Below, piece after piece: positions 34,284 to 45,141 of a stretch of 64,000 nt of DNA (positions are counted from its first letter, which is position 1; each line of letters starts with the position of its first letter). Location of the stretch: the NCBI GenBank assembly GCA_029237605.1, contig JAQRGB010000023.1, positions 87,425 to 151,424 on the forward strand, written 5' to 3'. The notes beneath the pieces are model-generated. The model did no database searches. It was given only the letters and a program-made list of their open reading frames with translations, and was not told the origin of the DNA. The DNA is from Candidatus Thiodubiliella sp. GTDB taxonomy: Bacteria; Pseudomonadota; Gammaproteobacteria; PS1; Pseudothioglobaceae. The position numbers and the translations under genes were made by a program.

Positions 34284-34790
34284 TTAATGAATTTTCTGAG
34301 CATTTGGCATGTCAAACACTATATCACCTTCAATCGGACCACCGGCAGCAGCTTCTTCATCAGTAGACTCACGTATTGTGACAATTTGAAGGATAAAAAT
34401 AACTTCTCTGCCACACATAGGGTTGTTGCCATCAATGGTTACTAAATTATCATCAACACGTGTCACAATAAAATCCATAGATTCTTCTTTTTTATTTTCC
34501 ATGGTGATAGTTGCGCCAACCTTACGATAATCTACAGGCACATTATCAATAAAATCAGTAAAAACTAGCGATTCATCTCTGGGACCATATATTTCATCAC
34601 AATTAATTGATAACTCAACAACGTCACCCTGAGTATGTCCAACCAATTCCATTGCCACCTCGGGTGATAAAATATCACTAACACCATGTATATAACCAAG
34701 TGGAAACTCAACTTCAGACAAAACTTCTTGTGTTTTTTTGTCTAAAACTTTATAAGTCAATTCAACAAATTTTCCGTCTTCAACAATCAT
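34284..34790 (-). CDS. FKBP-type peptidyl-prolyl cis-trans isomerase (SlyD-like)
   Basis: 168 aa. Has the FKBP core with an inserted flap pattern (FPLGYIHG...LSPEVAMELVGH...GPRDESLV...NPMCGREVIF) and an acidic tail. Confidence 0.75.
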   Translation of the reverse strand: MIVEDGKFVELTYKVLDKKTQEVLSEVEFPLGYIHGVSDILSPEVAMELVGHTQGDVVELSINCDEIYGPRDESLVFTDFIDNVPVDYRKVGATITMENKKEESMDFIVTRVDDNLVTIDGNNPMCGREVIFILQIVTIRESTDEEAAAGGPIEGDIVFDMPNAQKIH

Positions 34791-34828
34791 ATCTACTCCC
34801 TTAGAAGGCTACTATGTATCGCTAATCA

Positions 34829-35179
34829 TTAAAAGATAGTTGCGCCAAAAATTTTTATTTCTTCCTCTTCATAGCCCAATACTAAACGACCAAGATATTC
34901 ACCATCTAAGTTTTTATTAGTTTGTTTATACAACACACTTATGTAATCACCACGACGAATTGTTCCTAAAAATTTAGGATCTTTATTTAGTCCTTTAGTT
35001 AATTTACTACGAGCAAACTGCTTGCCCATTTCAATTTCATTAGCACCATGAAGCATTTCTTCAGAAAAATTCCTAGTAAATGCACCATAATTTTTATTGT
35101 TAGAATATTTAACAAGCTCATTCCACATTGGGTTGGCAATTGCTAATATCTCTTTATCTGATTTTTCAATAATATTCAT
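34829..35179 (-). CDS. hypothetical protein (116 aa)
   Basis: Intact ORF downstream of the aprA terminator. No family recognised. Confidence 0.35.
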   Translation of the reverse strand: MNIIEKSDKEILAIANPMWNELVKYSNNKNYGAFTRNFSEEMLHGANEIEMGKQFARSKLTKGLNKDPKFLGTIRRGDYISVLYKQTNKNLDGEYLGRLVLGYEEEEIKIFGATIF

Positions 35180-35280
35180 CTAATACTTTTTATTAAGTCA
35201 CTTATAAAGAGGTCTTTGTACACACTGAGTAATAATATTTACTAAATATTTAGTATATATAAAAGTCTCTTTTAAAGCAA

Positions 35281-35306
35281 TAAAAAACCAACATAAAAAT
35301 GCTGGT
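35281..35306 (-). terminator. putative rho-independent terminator after aprA
   Basis: On the minus strand: ACCAGCA-TTTTTA-TGTTGGT hairpin (7 bp incl. one G-U) followed by a T6 run, 55 nt after the aprA stop. Confidence 0.45.
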
Positions 35307-35360
35307 TTTTTTATTGTATTTCAATAAAAGCTCAATAACAAACCCTTGTCAAACAAACTT

Positions 35361-37268
35361 TTACTTGTCTTTTTCGTCAACTAGGTGATACAGTGGTTGT
35401 TTTTCCATTGTATATTCACCTGTATCACGATTACGGTGAGAGGTAGTAAGAACATGCCAGTTATCGTCGTCAAGCTTCATCGCGTCACCACGGTAGTAGT
35501 AACCAGGCCAACGAGTTTCCTTGCGGAATAAAGTATGCTGAACCACGCATTCAGAAGTACGATGACGGTGCTTAAGCTCCCATGCACGTAACAACTGGTG
35601 AATATCTTCTGCTGCAACTTTATCTAAGTCTTCTTCTAGAATTTTCAACTTATGAATACCTATATTTAAAAGTTTATCGTTAGTCATATAACTTACCGTT
35701 ACACCGCCAGCATACTCGTCCATCAACTTCTGTAAACGTTGTAAGCCAGGCATTGGCAATATATAACTTGGAGATACAGTGCCGCCAACAATTTCATTAC
35801 GACCCACTGTGTAAGTCTCTAAAGGTTTATAAACTTCAGCTTTACGAGTATCAATTTGCTCCTGAGAAACATTAATACCATCAGCCTTGCCATCATCAAT
35901 ATATTTACAAGCAGCTTTCGCAGATAGACGACCTTCGGTAAATGAACCTGATGAAAATGCATGAGGCGTACCACCAACAGCATCACCTGCGCCAAATAAA
36001 CCATCTACTGTCATCATACGATTATAACCCCAGAAATATTCATCTATATTACCTGATACATCTTCAGGACCTGAGCACCATGCACCACAACCTGTAGCAT
36101 GCGAACCCATTACATACGGCTCAGATGTTGTTAACTCAGGGTTAACATACTTAGGATCAATATCTGTTGCAGCCCACAATACAGCCTGACCAACAGTCAT
36201 GCCTAAAAAGTTCTCCCAACCAACTTCTTCTAAATGAGGGTCTTGAAAGGCTTCCATAGTAACCATATGAATTGGGCCACGACCAGCATTCACTTCAGAA
36301 ATAAAGGCATGGTTACGTAAACAAGTCGGAATAGGTTTGTGAGAAAAATGCTGGTTCTCTGTATCCAAATATGCCTTACCTACCATCTTCTCTAATGCTG
36401 GAAACCATTTTGACTCATATTCATCACCATAAGCATTTTGTGTATAAGTCTTAAGATGTAAAAAGTATGCTCCAACTGGACCATAACCGTCTTTAAATCT
36501 AGCAAGAACGATACGGTTTTCCATTTGCGTCATTTTAGCGCCAGCTTCAATTAATAATGCATAAGCAGAGCCAGAAGACCATGGTGCGTACCATACACGC
36601 CCAGCACCTTCACCAACTGAACGCGGTTTAAAGATATTAGATGCGCCACCAGCGCCAACGATTACTGTTTTAGATTTAAATACATGGTAGTTACCTGTAC
36701 GTACATTAAAGCCAACAGCACCTGCAACACGATTTTCTTTAGCATCATCCATTAGCAAATGCGTAACCATAATACGATTAAATGTCTTGTCAGCATTCAC
36801 TTTTGCAGCTTCTGCAACAATGGGTTTGTAAGACTCACCATGAATCATAATCTGCCAACGACCTTCACGCATGTATGCACCTTTGCCAATATCACCTTTA
36901 GGTAAATCTGCTCTCTTAGGGTCCTTCATTAATGGAAGGCCCCACTCTTCAAACTTATGTACTGCAGAATCAACATGGCGAGCCATATCAAAAGCTAAAT
37001 CCTCACGCACCATACCCATTAAATCCATACGCGCATAACGCACATGGTCTTCTGGTTTGTTCTCACCCCAACGGGTACCCATATAACAGTTAATTGCATA
37101 TAGTCCTTGAGCAACTGCACCAGAACGATCTATATTTGCTTTCTCAGCAATTACAATCTTCTTATTACGGCCCCAATATCTTGCTTCATAAGCTGAACCT
37201 GTACCACCTAAACCTGCGCCAACAACTAAAATATCAATGTTGTCTTCAATAATTGTTTTGTAGCTCAT
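35361..37268 (-). CDS. aprA: adenylylsulfate (APS) reductase alpha subunit
   Basis: 635 aa with an FAD-binding N-terminus DILVVGAGLGGTG and conserved AprA core. Immediately downstream of aprB. Confidence 0.93.
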   Translation of the reverse strand: MSYKTIIEDNIDILVVGAGLGGTGSAYEARYWGRNKKIVIAEKANIDRSGAVAQGLYAINCYMGTRWGENKPEDHVRYARMDLMGMVREDLAFDMARHVDSAVHKFEEWGLPLMKDPKRADLPKGDIGKGAYMREGRWQIMIHGESYKPIVAEAAKVNADKTFNRIMVTHLLMDDAKENRVAGAVGFNVRTGNYHVFKSKTVIVGAGGASNIFKPRSVGEGAGRVWYAPWSSGSAYALLIEAGAKMTQMENRIVLARFKDGYGPVGAYFLHLKTYTQNAYGDEYESKWFPALEKMVGKAYLDTENQHFSHKPIPTCLRNHAFISEVNAGRGPIHMVTMEAFQDPHLEEVGWENFLGMTVGQAVLWAATDIDPKYVNPELTTSEPYVMGSHATGCGAWCSGPEDVSGNIDEYFWGYNRMMTVDGLFGAGDAVGGTPHAFSSGSFTEGRLSAKAACKYIDDGKADGINVSQEQIDTRKAEVYKPLETYTVGRNEIVGGTVSPSYILPMPGLQRLQKLMDEYAGGVTVSYMTNDKLLNIGIHKLKILEEDLDKVAAEDIHQLLRAWELKHRHRTSECVVQHTLFRKETRWPGYYYRGDAMKLDDDNWHVLTTSHRNRDTGEYTMEKQPLYHLVDEKDK

Positions 37269-37747
37269 TAGTAGTATACTCCTTCTTTAAGTTTTAAACC
37301 GTTAGACTTTAACGTATGTAAACCTCCGTCATCCAGGCGAATTGATTCCGGTTCAAAAGCCAATAACTCTGAGTTACGCATTTCATCGCTAGGCTGAGCT
37401 TCATTTCTAAAATCAGGAATTTCTGAACCCCATGGCTTAGTAGTAATTGGTGATAAGAAATTCTTCTCACGACCATCTCTAAATTTAATTTTCCATGCAA
37501 TTGTGCCTTTTTCTTCATCACGAATTACACGAACACTATGCCCTAGTGGTGCAAAGTCTGCATACCCACGAACATCAATTGCTTGGTGTGGGCATGCTTT
37601 AACACATGAATAACATTCCCAGCACATGTTAGGTTCAATGTTTATTGCACGACGATATTTTTTATCAATGTGCATAATGTCAGATGGGCAGATATCTACG
37701 CAATGTCCGCAACCATCACAACGAGTCATATATACAAAAGTTGGCAT
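37268..37747 (-). CDS. aprB: adenylylsulfate (APS) reductase beta subunit
   Basis: 159 aa, MPTFVY..CDGCGHCVDICP and CWECYSCVKACP, two 4Fe-4S clusters. Confidence 0.92.
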   Translation of the reverse strand: MPTFVYMTRCDGCGHCVDICPSDIMHIDKKYRRAINIEPNMCWECYSCVKACPHQAIDVRGYADFAPLGHSVRVIRDEEKGTIAWKIKFRDGREKNFLSPITTKPWGSEIPDFRNEAQPSDEMRNSELLAFEPESIRLDDGGLHTLKSNGLKLKEGVYY

Positions 37748-37779
37748 ATTATTTCCTCTCCTCTTAAGTTAAAAATTAA

Positions 37780-38601
37780 TTAGTAGTGTTTTGGTGCCTC
37801 ACGCTTAATACCAAGACCCATATCTACTGGAGCGTTTACCAATAACTCCATAGAATGTCTTTTTTGTTGCTCAGGTTCATCACGAGTTAATGTTGGTAGG
37901 TTCTCAGCAGAGCCGTCAGCCATTCTAATTCGTTTGTCATATGCAGCAAATGGCTTGAAGAACATATGTGAAAACTTAGACCAGTAAACGCCACCAAACA
38001 ATGAAACAGTAGAAAGGATAACTAATAAAAATTCCCAACCAATTGGAGAACCATTATAAGACCAGATTAACGCGGTAATAGAAGTTGCCATTAATGACAA
38101 GCTAAATGCATCTCTTCTAATATCAATATTAAATGGGGAATTGCCTTCGGCGGCAACATCAACTTTAAATACAAACCAAAACCAAACACTACCAACAGCT
38201 AACATAATCGCACCAACATGCCATATTTGTGTCAACATTGCATCAGCGCCATTTGCATTAAAAATCATTATAGCCGTTGTTGCATTAAGTAAAATAAAGC
38301 CGTACATAGTCAACAAGTGAACAAAACGACGTACTGGGTTTCTAAATTCACCAGCTGAAACAACATCTGTTACGATTGTTGAAACCGCAATACCAATTTT
38401 ATTGCCATCACTCAACTCATTTACTGCACATTCTTTTGCTTTATTTGCACTTTCAAAGAAAAACTTTGCGCTCTTCTTATGTAGCATATCTGCTACCGTC
38501 ATCACAACAACAAGTACAATCATTATGATAACATAAGTCTGCATTGTCTCGTATGAAATGCCGGCTAAATTTAATGCGGCGATTGGTGTATTAGTGATCA
38601 T
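37780..38601 (-). CDS. aprM: APS reductase membrane anchor AprM
   Basis: 273 aa, about 5 TM helices, positioned between sat and aprBA as in sulfur-oxidiser sat-aprMBA clusters. Confidence 0.7.
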   Translation of the reverse strand: MITNTPIAALNLAGISYETMQTYVIIMIVLVVVMTVADMLHKKSAKFFFESANKAKECAVNELSDGNKIGIAVSTIVTDVVSAGEFRNPVRRFVHLLTMYGFILLNATTAIMIFNANGADAMLTQIWHVGAIMLAVGSVWFWFVFKVDVAAEGNSPFNIDIRRDAFSLSLMATSITALIWSYNGSPIGWEFLLVILSTVSLFGGVYWSKFSHMFFKPFAAYDKRIRMADGSAENLPTLTRDEPEQQKRHSMELLVNAPVDMGLGIKREAPKHY

Positions 38602-38713
38602 AGTTTTATTGCTCCTTTAGGTTGTGTAATTACACTAAAAATTATCAAGTATAGAAAAATTAATACCCGAATAATTATATACTAATATTTACTTTTTAAA
38701 TAAATTTATTCTT

Positions 38714-39928
38714 TTACTTTGCCGAATGCCCACTTAATTTAACCTCTACTTTGTCTTCATCTTTAATGCTAGCATAGTAATTTTGTAGAATTTTAGCCAC
38801 TTCAGGACGTGAAAATTCTACAGGTAAATCGTCGCCATCTGAAAGCATTTTACGAACTTTGGTGCCTGACAATAACACACGACTCTCTGCTTTATGCGGA
38901 CATGTCTTCATAGAAGACATACCTCCACATTCATGACACCAGAAGGTCCAATCAATTTTCAATGGTTGCGTAACTAACGAACCTTCTGGAATCTCATCAA
39001 AGATGTTATGTGCGTCAAATGGACCATAGTAATCATCAACACCAGCGTGATCACGACCAACAATTAGATGTGAACAGCCATAGTTTTGCCTGAATAATGC
39101 GTGTAACAGCGCCTCCCTCGGACCTGCGTAACGCATATCTAATGGATAACCAGATTGTAATACTGTATTATTAACAAAGTAGTTATCGATCAAGGTTGAG
39201 ATTGCTTCTGAACGCACATCAGCAGGAATATCACCAGCTTTAAGCCCGCCTAATACTGAGTGAATCATTACACCGTCACAAATTTCTACTGCAATTTTGG
39301 CTAAATATTCGTGTGAACGGTGCATTGGATTACGCGTTTGAAATGCTGCAATCGTTTTCCATCCTTTGTCATTAAAATAAGTGCGTGTCTGCATTGGGGT
39401 CATATATAAATCACCATACTTTGCAGGAAAGCCTCCGTCAGATAATACTTTAATAGGCCCTGCAAGGTTATATCTACCTTGTGCTTGAACCATAACAACG
39501 CCAGGGTGTGCGTCTTCAGTCGTCTTATAGACAGTTTTACACTCGTGGTCTTTATCAATGCTGTATTTTTCAGTAACTGTCATTGTCGCAATAATATCAC
39601 CAGACTTACCACTTACTACTGCAATTTCATCTCCAGCTTGAACATCTTCATCATCGGTAGATAAAGTCACAGGGATTGGCCAAAATAAACCATTTGTCAT
39701 TATCATATTGTCACAAACACCCTTCCAATCTGCTTTACCCATGAAGCCATCTAATGGATTGAAACCACCGATACCTAACATAACGATATCACCTTCTTCT
39801 CTGGAAGAACAAGTAATTTTTGGTAATGATTCTGCTTTGGATAACTCTGCTATTAAGTGATCACCTGATAACGATAATTCGTTAATTACATCACTACCAT
39901 GTGGGGGGACCAATTTTGACATGCCCAA
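38714..39928 (-). CDS. sat: sulfate adenylyltransferase (ATP sulfurylase)
   Basis: About 400 aa with [13 protein letters not shown] and GRDHAGV. The likely true start is MSKLVPPHG, two codons in. Confidence 0.92.
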   Translation of the reverse strand: MGMSKLVPPHGSDVINELSLSGDHLIAELSKAESLPKITCSSREEGDIVMLGIGGFNPLDGFMGKADWKGVCDNMIMTNGLFWPIPVTLSTDDEDVQAGDEIAVVSGKSGDIIATMTVTEKYSIDKDHECKTVYKTTEDAHPGVVMVQAQGRYNLAGPIKVLSDGGFPAKYGDLYMTPMQTRTYFNDKGWKTIAAFQTRNPMHRSHEYLAKIAVEICDGVMIHSVLGGLKAGDIPADVRSEAISTLIDNYFVNNTVLQSGYPLDMRYAGPREALLHALFRQNYGCSHLIVGRDHAGVDDYYGPFDAHNIFDEIPEGSLVTQPLKIDWTFWCHECGGMSSMKTCPHKAESRVLLSGTKVRKMLSDGDDLPVEFSRPEVAKILQNYYASIKDEDKVEVKLSGHSAK

Positions 39929-39998
39929 TCCTATATTATTTTTAAAAACAAAATTATACCAATAACTATTATTTTAATGGCGTTATTTTATGAAAATA

Positions 39999-40484
39999 TC
40001 ACAATTTTATTTTAAATTTAACGCGCTGAGCACCATTCTTAGATTTCTTGGCAACTATTTTATCTTTCTTAATATCATAATCCAAAATACCGCCACTAAA
40101 GTAATCAAAACCTTGAACAAGATACGCACTACCTTCAAGGCGCACAAGTTGCTTGTCAACAAAATAAGTGATAGTCAGCGCACCAGCTTCAACAAAATGC
40201 AATTGATTTGGTTGATTTTGCTTATAGTACGCAAGTTTTTTTTTATTGCCCTTAGCAGTCATTTTGCTAATAGTTTGTCCAATGCTAAAAATTTGTATTT
40301 CTTCAGCATTTAGCATTAAAGAACCTTGTGTTACTTCTACATTACCTGTATAAGTGCTGAGACCACTGGGTTTATCAATGATCACGGTTTGTGCTTTAAC
40401 ATCAACAGGTGCTTTATTATCATCAATAAACGCATATGATGTAAAAGACAGCAACGATATAAATAGAGGAATCAGTTTATTCAT
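39999..40484 (-). CDS. lptA: LPS export periplasmic protein LptA
   Basis: 161 aa with a signal peptide and OstA-like beta-jellyroll pattern (YTGNVEVTQGSLMLNAEEI...). Follows the lptC-like ORFs. Confidence 0.8.
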   Translation of the reverse strand: MNKLIPLFISLLSFTSYAFIDDNKAPVDVKAQTVIIDKPSGLSTYTGNVEVTQGSLMLNAEEIQIFSIGQTISKMTAKGNKKKLAYYKQNQPNQLHFVEAGALTITYFVDKQLVRLEGSAYLVQGFDYFSGGILDYDIKKDKIVAKKSKNGAQRVKFKIKL

Positions 40485-40989
40485 AACGCCCTATTACACC
40501 ACCTGTTAACTTAATTTTTTGCTCTTTAACATTAAAATACATCCCCACTGAATAAATATCTAATACTTTGGACTGGTAATGAACTTTTTCTTTAGTACTA
40601 TAAATTTCTTTATTATTTGACTGGTCAATAATTAAATTCCTGGTGTCAATTTTTGTACCTGATCCTTGTAATATTCTTACCATATCAAATAATTTCACAA
40701 AATTTTCATTCACATCAAGACCTTGTGAATAAATTTTATTACCCTGTGCCGCATAAGTAACGTCATTTTCAGAATAATAATGCTTTTTAACATTCGACTG
40801 ATCAATAATTAAATCACGAGTTAATATTTCCTGTCCACCGTCCTGACTGATGCTAGTTTTACCCAGTAACTGCATTTTATGTTTTGCGACTATCATACGC
40901 ATGCCTTCTGCAATGACTTTAGTGCGTTCATCGAAATAGATAATTTCTTTTTGGCTAAGTAAATCATTGGTCTTAGTATTTATCAACAA
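40477..40989 (-). CDS. LptC/OstA-like beta-jellyroll protein (possibly the 3' continuation of lptC)
   Basis: 170 aa with an internal repeat (TRDLIIDQSNVKKHYYSENDVTY / TRNLIIDQSNNKEIYSTKEKVHY). Starts at TTG, overlapping the stop of the upstream ORF by 7 nt. Confidence 0.5.
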   Translation of the reverse strand: MLINTKTNDLLSQKEIIYFDERTKVIAEGMRMIVAKHKMQLLGKTSISQDGGQEILTRDLIIDQSNVKKHYYSENDVTYAAQGNKIYSQGLDVNENFVKLFDMVRILQGSGTKIDTRNLIIDQSNNKEIYSTKEKVHYQSKVLDIYSVGMYFNVKEQKIKLTGGVIGRYE

Positions 40990-41402
40990 TTCTTTAGCAT
41001 GTATTCTATAACAATTTCTGTGTTAGATTTAATATTAACTTTGCCCTTAAATTTGATTTCACCATTAGTTAAATAATTAGCACGCTTGGAGGTCATGGTA
41101 TAGTTCTCCTCGCCTTTTTCATTATATGTAATAATTATTGGCTCCACCAATGAGGCTGGTGCTTGTTTAAAATTAAAATAATTTTTGGCTTCAATAAAAT
41201 GCATTAACTGTTGTTTGTTGTTAAATTCCTGCAAGGAAAAATTATCAATTTTTTCAATGTATTTGGCAATTTTATTTATATTTATATTGTCATCTGATGT
41301 AGATACAGTTGAGGCCAACGTTATAAAAAACCACACAATGCCAATAAGTACTATAATAAAAACTACAATTAATAAATTTTGTTTTAAGTGAAAATTAATC
41401 AT
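40983..41402 (-). CDS. lptC: LPS export protein LptC-like, N-terminal part
   Basis: Start taken at MINFHLKQN. One TM anchor, then the beginning of a jellyroll domain. Position upstream of lptA. Confidence 0.55.
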   Translation of the reverse strand: MINFHLKQNLLIVVFIIVLIGIVWFFITLASTVSTSDDNININKIAKYIEKIDNFSLQEFNNKQQLMHFIEAKNYFNFKQAPASLVEPIIITYNEKGEENYTMTSKRANYLTNGEIKFKGKVNIKSNTEIVIEYMLKNC

Positions 41403-41975
41403 AACAATAAAATAAGTGGCATTTATGCTATCACGCCAGACCGTGCCTTGGACATTGACATTGTTGAAAAAGTTATTGTACAACACAATATTAATATATT
41501 ACAATATCGACATAAAACAGCCGATGCACAAACGCAGCTTAATGAGAGTATACAATTACAACAACTATGTTTAAAACATCATACTTTATTTATCATCAAT
41601 GATGGCATTAACCTAGCAAAAGAAATTTCTGCCGATGGCATACATTTGGGCAAGGACGATGGTTCAATCCAACAAGCACGTGAGCAATTGGGTGTAAACG
41701 CCATTATTGGTGTATCATGCTACAACGATATTAACTTAGCACAACACGCACAAAGCCAAGGTGCAAACTATGTGGCTTTTGGTGCATTATTCCCATCAAC
41801 CACTAAACCTGATGCGCCACGATGTACATTAAATATTATCATCCAAGCAAAAGAAATTTTAAATATTCCTATTGTCGGGGTTGGTGGCATTAGCTTTAAC
41901 AATCAACAACAAGTTCTCAGTATAGGTTGTGATGCAGTAGCTATGATTAATCAGTTATTTCAATCAGTTGACTAA
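41388..41975 (+). CDS. thiE: thiamine-phosphate synthase
   Basis: 195 aa with GIYAITPD, LQYRHK, DGIHLGKDD, SCYN and GVGGI. GTG start. Confidence 0.88.
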   Translation: MKINHNNKISGIYAITPDRALDIDIVEKVIVQHNINILQYRHKTADAQTQLNESIQLQQLCLKHHTLFIINDGINLAKEISADGIHLGKDDGSIQQAREQLGVNAIIGVSCYNDINLAQHAQSQGANYVAFGALFPSTTKPDAPRCTLNIIIQAKEILNIPIVGVGGISFNNQQQVLSIGCDAVAMINQLFQSVD

Positions 41976-44900
41976 CGCTAGGACAGTATAAAGCACAACG
42001 TACTGGATGGTCATAAATCTCATACATTGCTTGCTTATAAAAAAGTAATTGCTTTGCGTGCTGCTCTTTCTGGCGTTTGATAAAACTTTCTAACGGTTCA
42101 TCCTGTGCAGGTTGGGCTATTTTATAATCAATCACCCACAAAATGCCATCATCAATAAACAATCTATCTATAATGATTGTACGCTCGTTCACAATAAATT
42201 CAACCTCATTTAATGATACGGCCCTATCTTTAAACAACCAACCAAATTTTTCATCATTTTTAGTGTTGTTTAATAGCTTGATAATGAATAACTGCCAATG
42301 CTCAATATCTTTAGGTGGCGTTCCAATCTCAATCAGGCGATTACAAATATTTTTAATACTAGGTGTAAATAATTCTTGCTCATAATATTGATGCACTAAA
42401 GAACCTAAAGCACTCTTGAACAAACGATCAAAGTTTTGTTTATATTCAATAAATTCACCTTGTTCTTGTGTTTTATTGGCTGGTATTTTAACTTGATGAA
42501 ATCGTTTTAATAACGGCGCTTCAACATATTCTACCGTAAAGTCGGATCGTAGCCATGTCGTTCTGTGAGCCAAGGAAGTTTGCATAAAATGGCATTAATA
42601 AATGCAAAAAAGAACCTCTGCTACTATTGCCAGATTTGCTTACTGCACCCAATAAATGTAGACATGACTTAGCGCGTGTCATCGCCACATATAACAAACG
42701 CATAGTTTCAAACTTATCTTGTTGTGATTCAATAAATTTTAAATATTTATAGGTTTTACTATCATTAATATCTGTTGCTGACTTAATTGGAGCTAATAAC
42801 AAAGATTTATTAGAAAACTCACATAACTGTATTATCTGATTATTATTCTTCCTAAGACCGCTTGGCCTCCGACTTAACCAGGGATAATAACACTGTCAAA
42901 TTCTAATCCCTTTGATTGATGGATGGTCATTAATTTAACTAATGCCTTATCACTTGGTGCATATAAATTTTCCATCGCACTTTCAATAGTTTTTATATTG
43001 AGCATTTGTTGCGCTTCACAATTATGAATAATTCTCAAAAATTCAACCTTAATTTCTAATTCAGTACTCGATAATGCGTCGTTGATAAATCCTAATTGAT
43101 TAAGCGCATAGGTCAACAGTTCAACAAAATTAAAGCGCCCTTGATTATTAATAACATCTTGTAGACAGTGCTGCAAATGTTTAGCTCGTTTTTGCCCATC
43201 TTCGCTGAGTTTCGCCAAGATAACTTCATCACTCAGTTGCTGATAAATAATACAATCATCATTCTCAGACAACACCAATAAATCATTCAAAATAAGCCCG
43301 CACCATGGCGCGCGTAGAATACTCAACCATGCTAACTTATCACCTAGATGCAATAATGCCTTAGTCAATGAAAATAAATCACGTGTTAACAAATGGTTTT
43401 GCAACTTAGTGACTTCAATTGATTCAAAATCAATATTATCGTTCTTAAATTGTTGTGCGATGCTTTCTAAATGTGGGCGAGCACGCACTAAAATAGCTAT
43501 CGTGGCATTGGGAGTTTCTTTTAAAGAAGTTTGAACAATTTTACTAACTGTTTTTGCTTCAAGCAAAGGTTGATCGTGCGCAAAAGGATGAAAAACAATA
43601 GCATTTTTATCTTCTTCATTTGAATTTGATTGTGACCCAGAATATGAAATTGCCCCTTGGTGCACATCATTGTTTTTTGGGAATATTTCACTAAAAAGAT
43701 TATTGTTGCCCTCAATAATACTTTTTGAGGAACGAAAATTAGTGTTCAATATTAGTGATTTTGGCCTAATATTAGCAATACCTTTTTCTTTTACCTGTAA
43801 AAATAAACCAACTTGTGATTCTCTAAACCTATAAATTGATTGCATCGGGTCGCCCACTAAAAACAACGTCTTGCCATCATTATCTTGCCACTGGCTAATC
43901 AGCTTTTCAATAGTATTAAATTGCGACGCTGATGTATCTTGAAATTCATCAATCAATAAATGTTGAATTTTATAATCCAAAAACAAAGCAATATCACTAA
44001 TGCCTTTTTCTTCATCTAATGCTTCACTGGCATTAATCGCTATCTCAATAAAATCATGCGCTTGTTCCTGCTCAAAATACACATTCAAATGCGCCACACT
44101 CAACTTTAAAACCTTGGCAATTGTTAGCAACATATCAGCTTGTTTTTGTGGCGGATCTATGTCAGGTAATAACCGTATATGCGCCAAAGCCGCCCTAAGT
44201 TTTTCTTGTTTAGAGAGTTTTTCTAATATTGCCTTTATTTTTTCTTTCTCTATTTTGTATTCAGACGGAAAACCATTATTCACATTCAAATTCTTGCGCC
44301 AAGTGCCCTTGCCTGTCAAGCACAAATCTGCGATAAGTTGCCACTGTATCAAATCTTCGCAATCACTCTTAGGCAAGGATTTAACTATAGCCAAATCCTT
44401 ATTGGCACTAACTGACATTAACGCAAAAAAATTTGCATCAAAGTGTGGTTTTGCTAGCTCTTGTAAATCCTTAAGATGTTGTGAAATAATATTTTTAGCA
44501 CTACTTTTTAATATTTCTGGATCTAACACACCATCGCGATACAAACACATTAGCCACTGATCGCGCTTAGACAACATATTCATTACTAATTTTTGGAAAC
44601 TCCCAACATTATTATCTAAATGTAATAATAAATCAGCAATTGCTTTGCCATACTGCCGCTCATCAATCATGAGCAATGTTTGTTCAGCGGCATATTGATA
44701 AGCATTATCACGCGTCCAATTTTGGGCCATAATTTGGCGTGGCACAAGTTGTGATGGTAATGGATAACGATTATTAATCATGCTGTATAGCCCATCAATG
44801 GTGGATATCTTTAATCTCTTTGGGTTTTGCAATAAACCCCACCCTCTCTCATCCGAACGCTGTATTACTTGCGATGCTAATTCATAAGTTATTTGCTTGT

Positions 44901-45141
44901 ACAACTCTTTTGGCTTAGATTCAAAACTAGACTTTAAAGCCGACAAAACACGCTGGATCATTTCATCAACTGCCTTATTAGTAAAGGTCATTGCCATAAT
45001 ATTCTCAGGCTCATCACATACTGACAATAATTTTAAGTAACGTTGTGTTAATAACTCAGTTTTGCCTGACCCTGCTGGCGCTTGCACGATAAAAGACTGA
45101 CTAACGTCTAAGGTTTCGTCTCTTTGTGCTTGGTCATTCAC
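41947..45141 (-). CDS. UvrD-family helicase with C-terminal RecB-type PD-(D/E)XK nuclease (AddA-like); frame broken by two adapter blocks
   Basis: Pieces 42874..45141, 42521..42802 and 41947..42585. Motifs: QAPAGSGKT, LLIDEFQDTS, TIHQSKGLEFD, YVAMTRAK, and the nuclease motif IDRLFIDD...WVIDYKI. Confidence 0.8.
42539..42576 (+). other. MGI/BGI adapter fragment (first 38 nt of read-2 adapter)
   Basis: AAGTCGGATCGTAGCCATGTCGTTCTGTGAGCCAAGGA. Confidence 0.9.
42847..42875 (-). other. MGI/BGI adapter fragment (first 29 nt of read-1 adapter, reverse complement)
   Basis: TCTTCCTAAGACCGCTTGGCCTCCGACTT. It creates the TAA that ends ORF 42874..45141. Confidence 0.9.
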
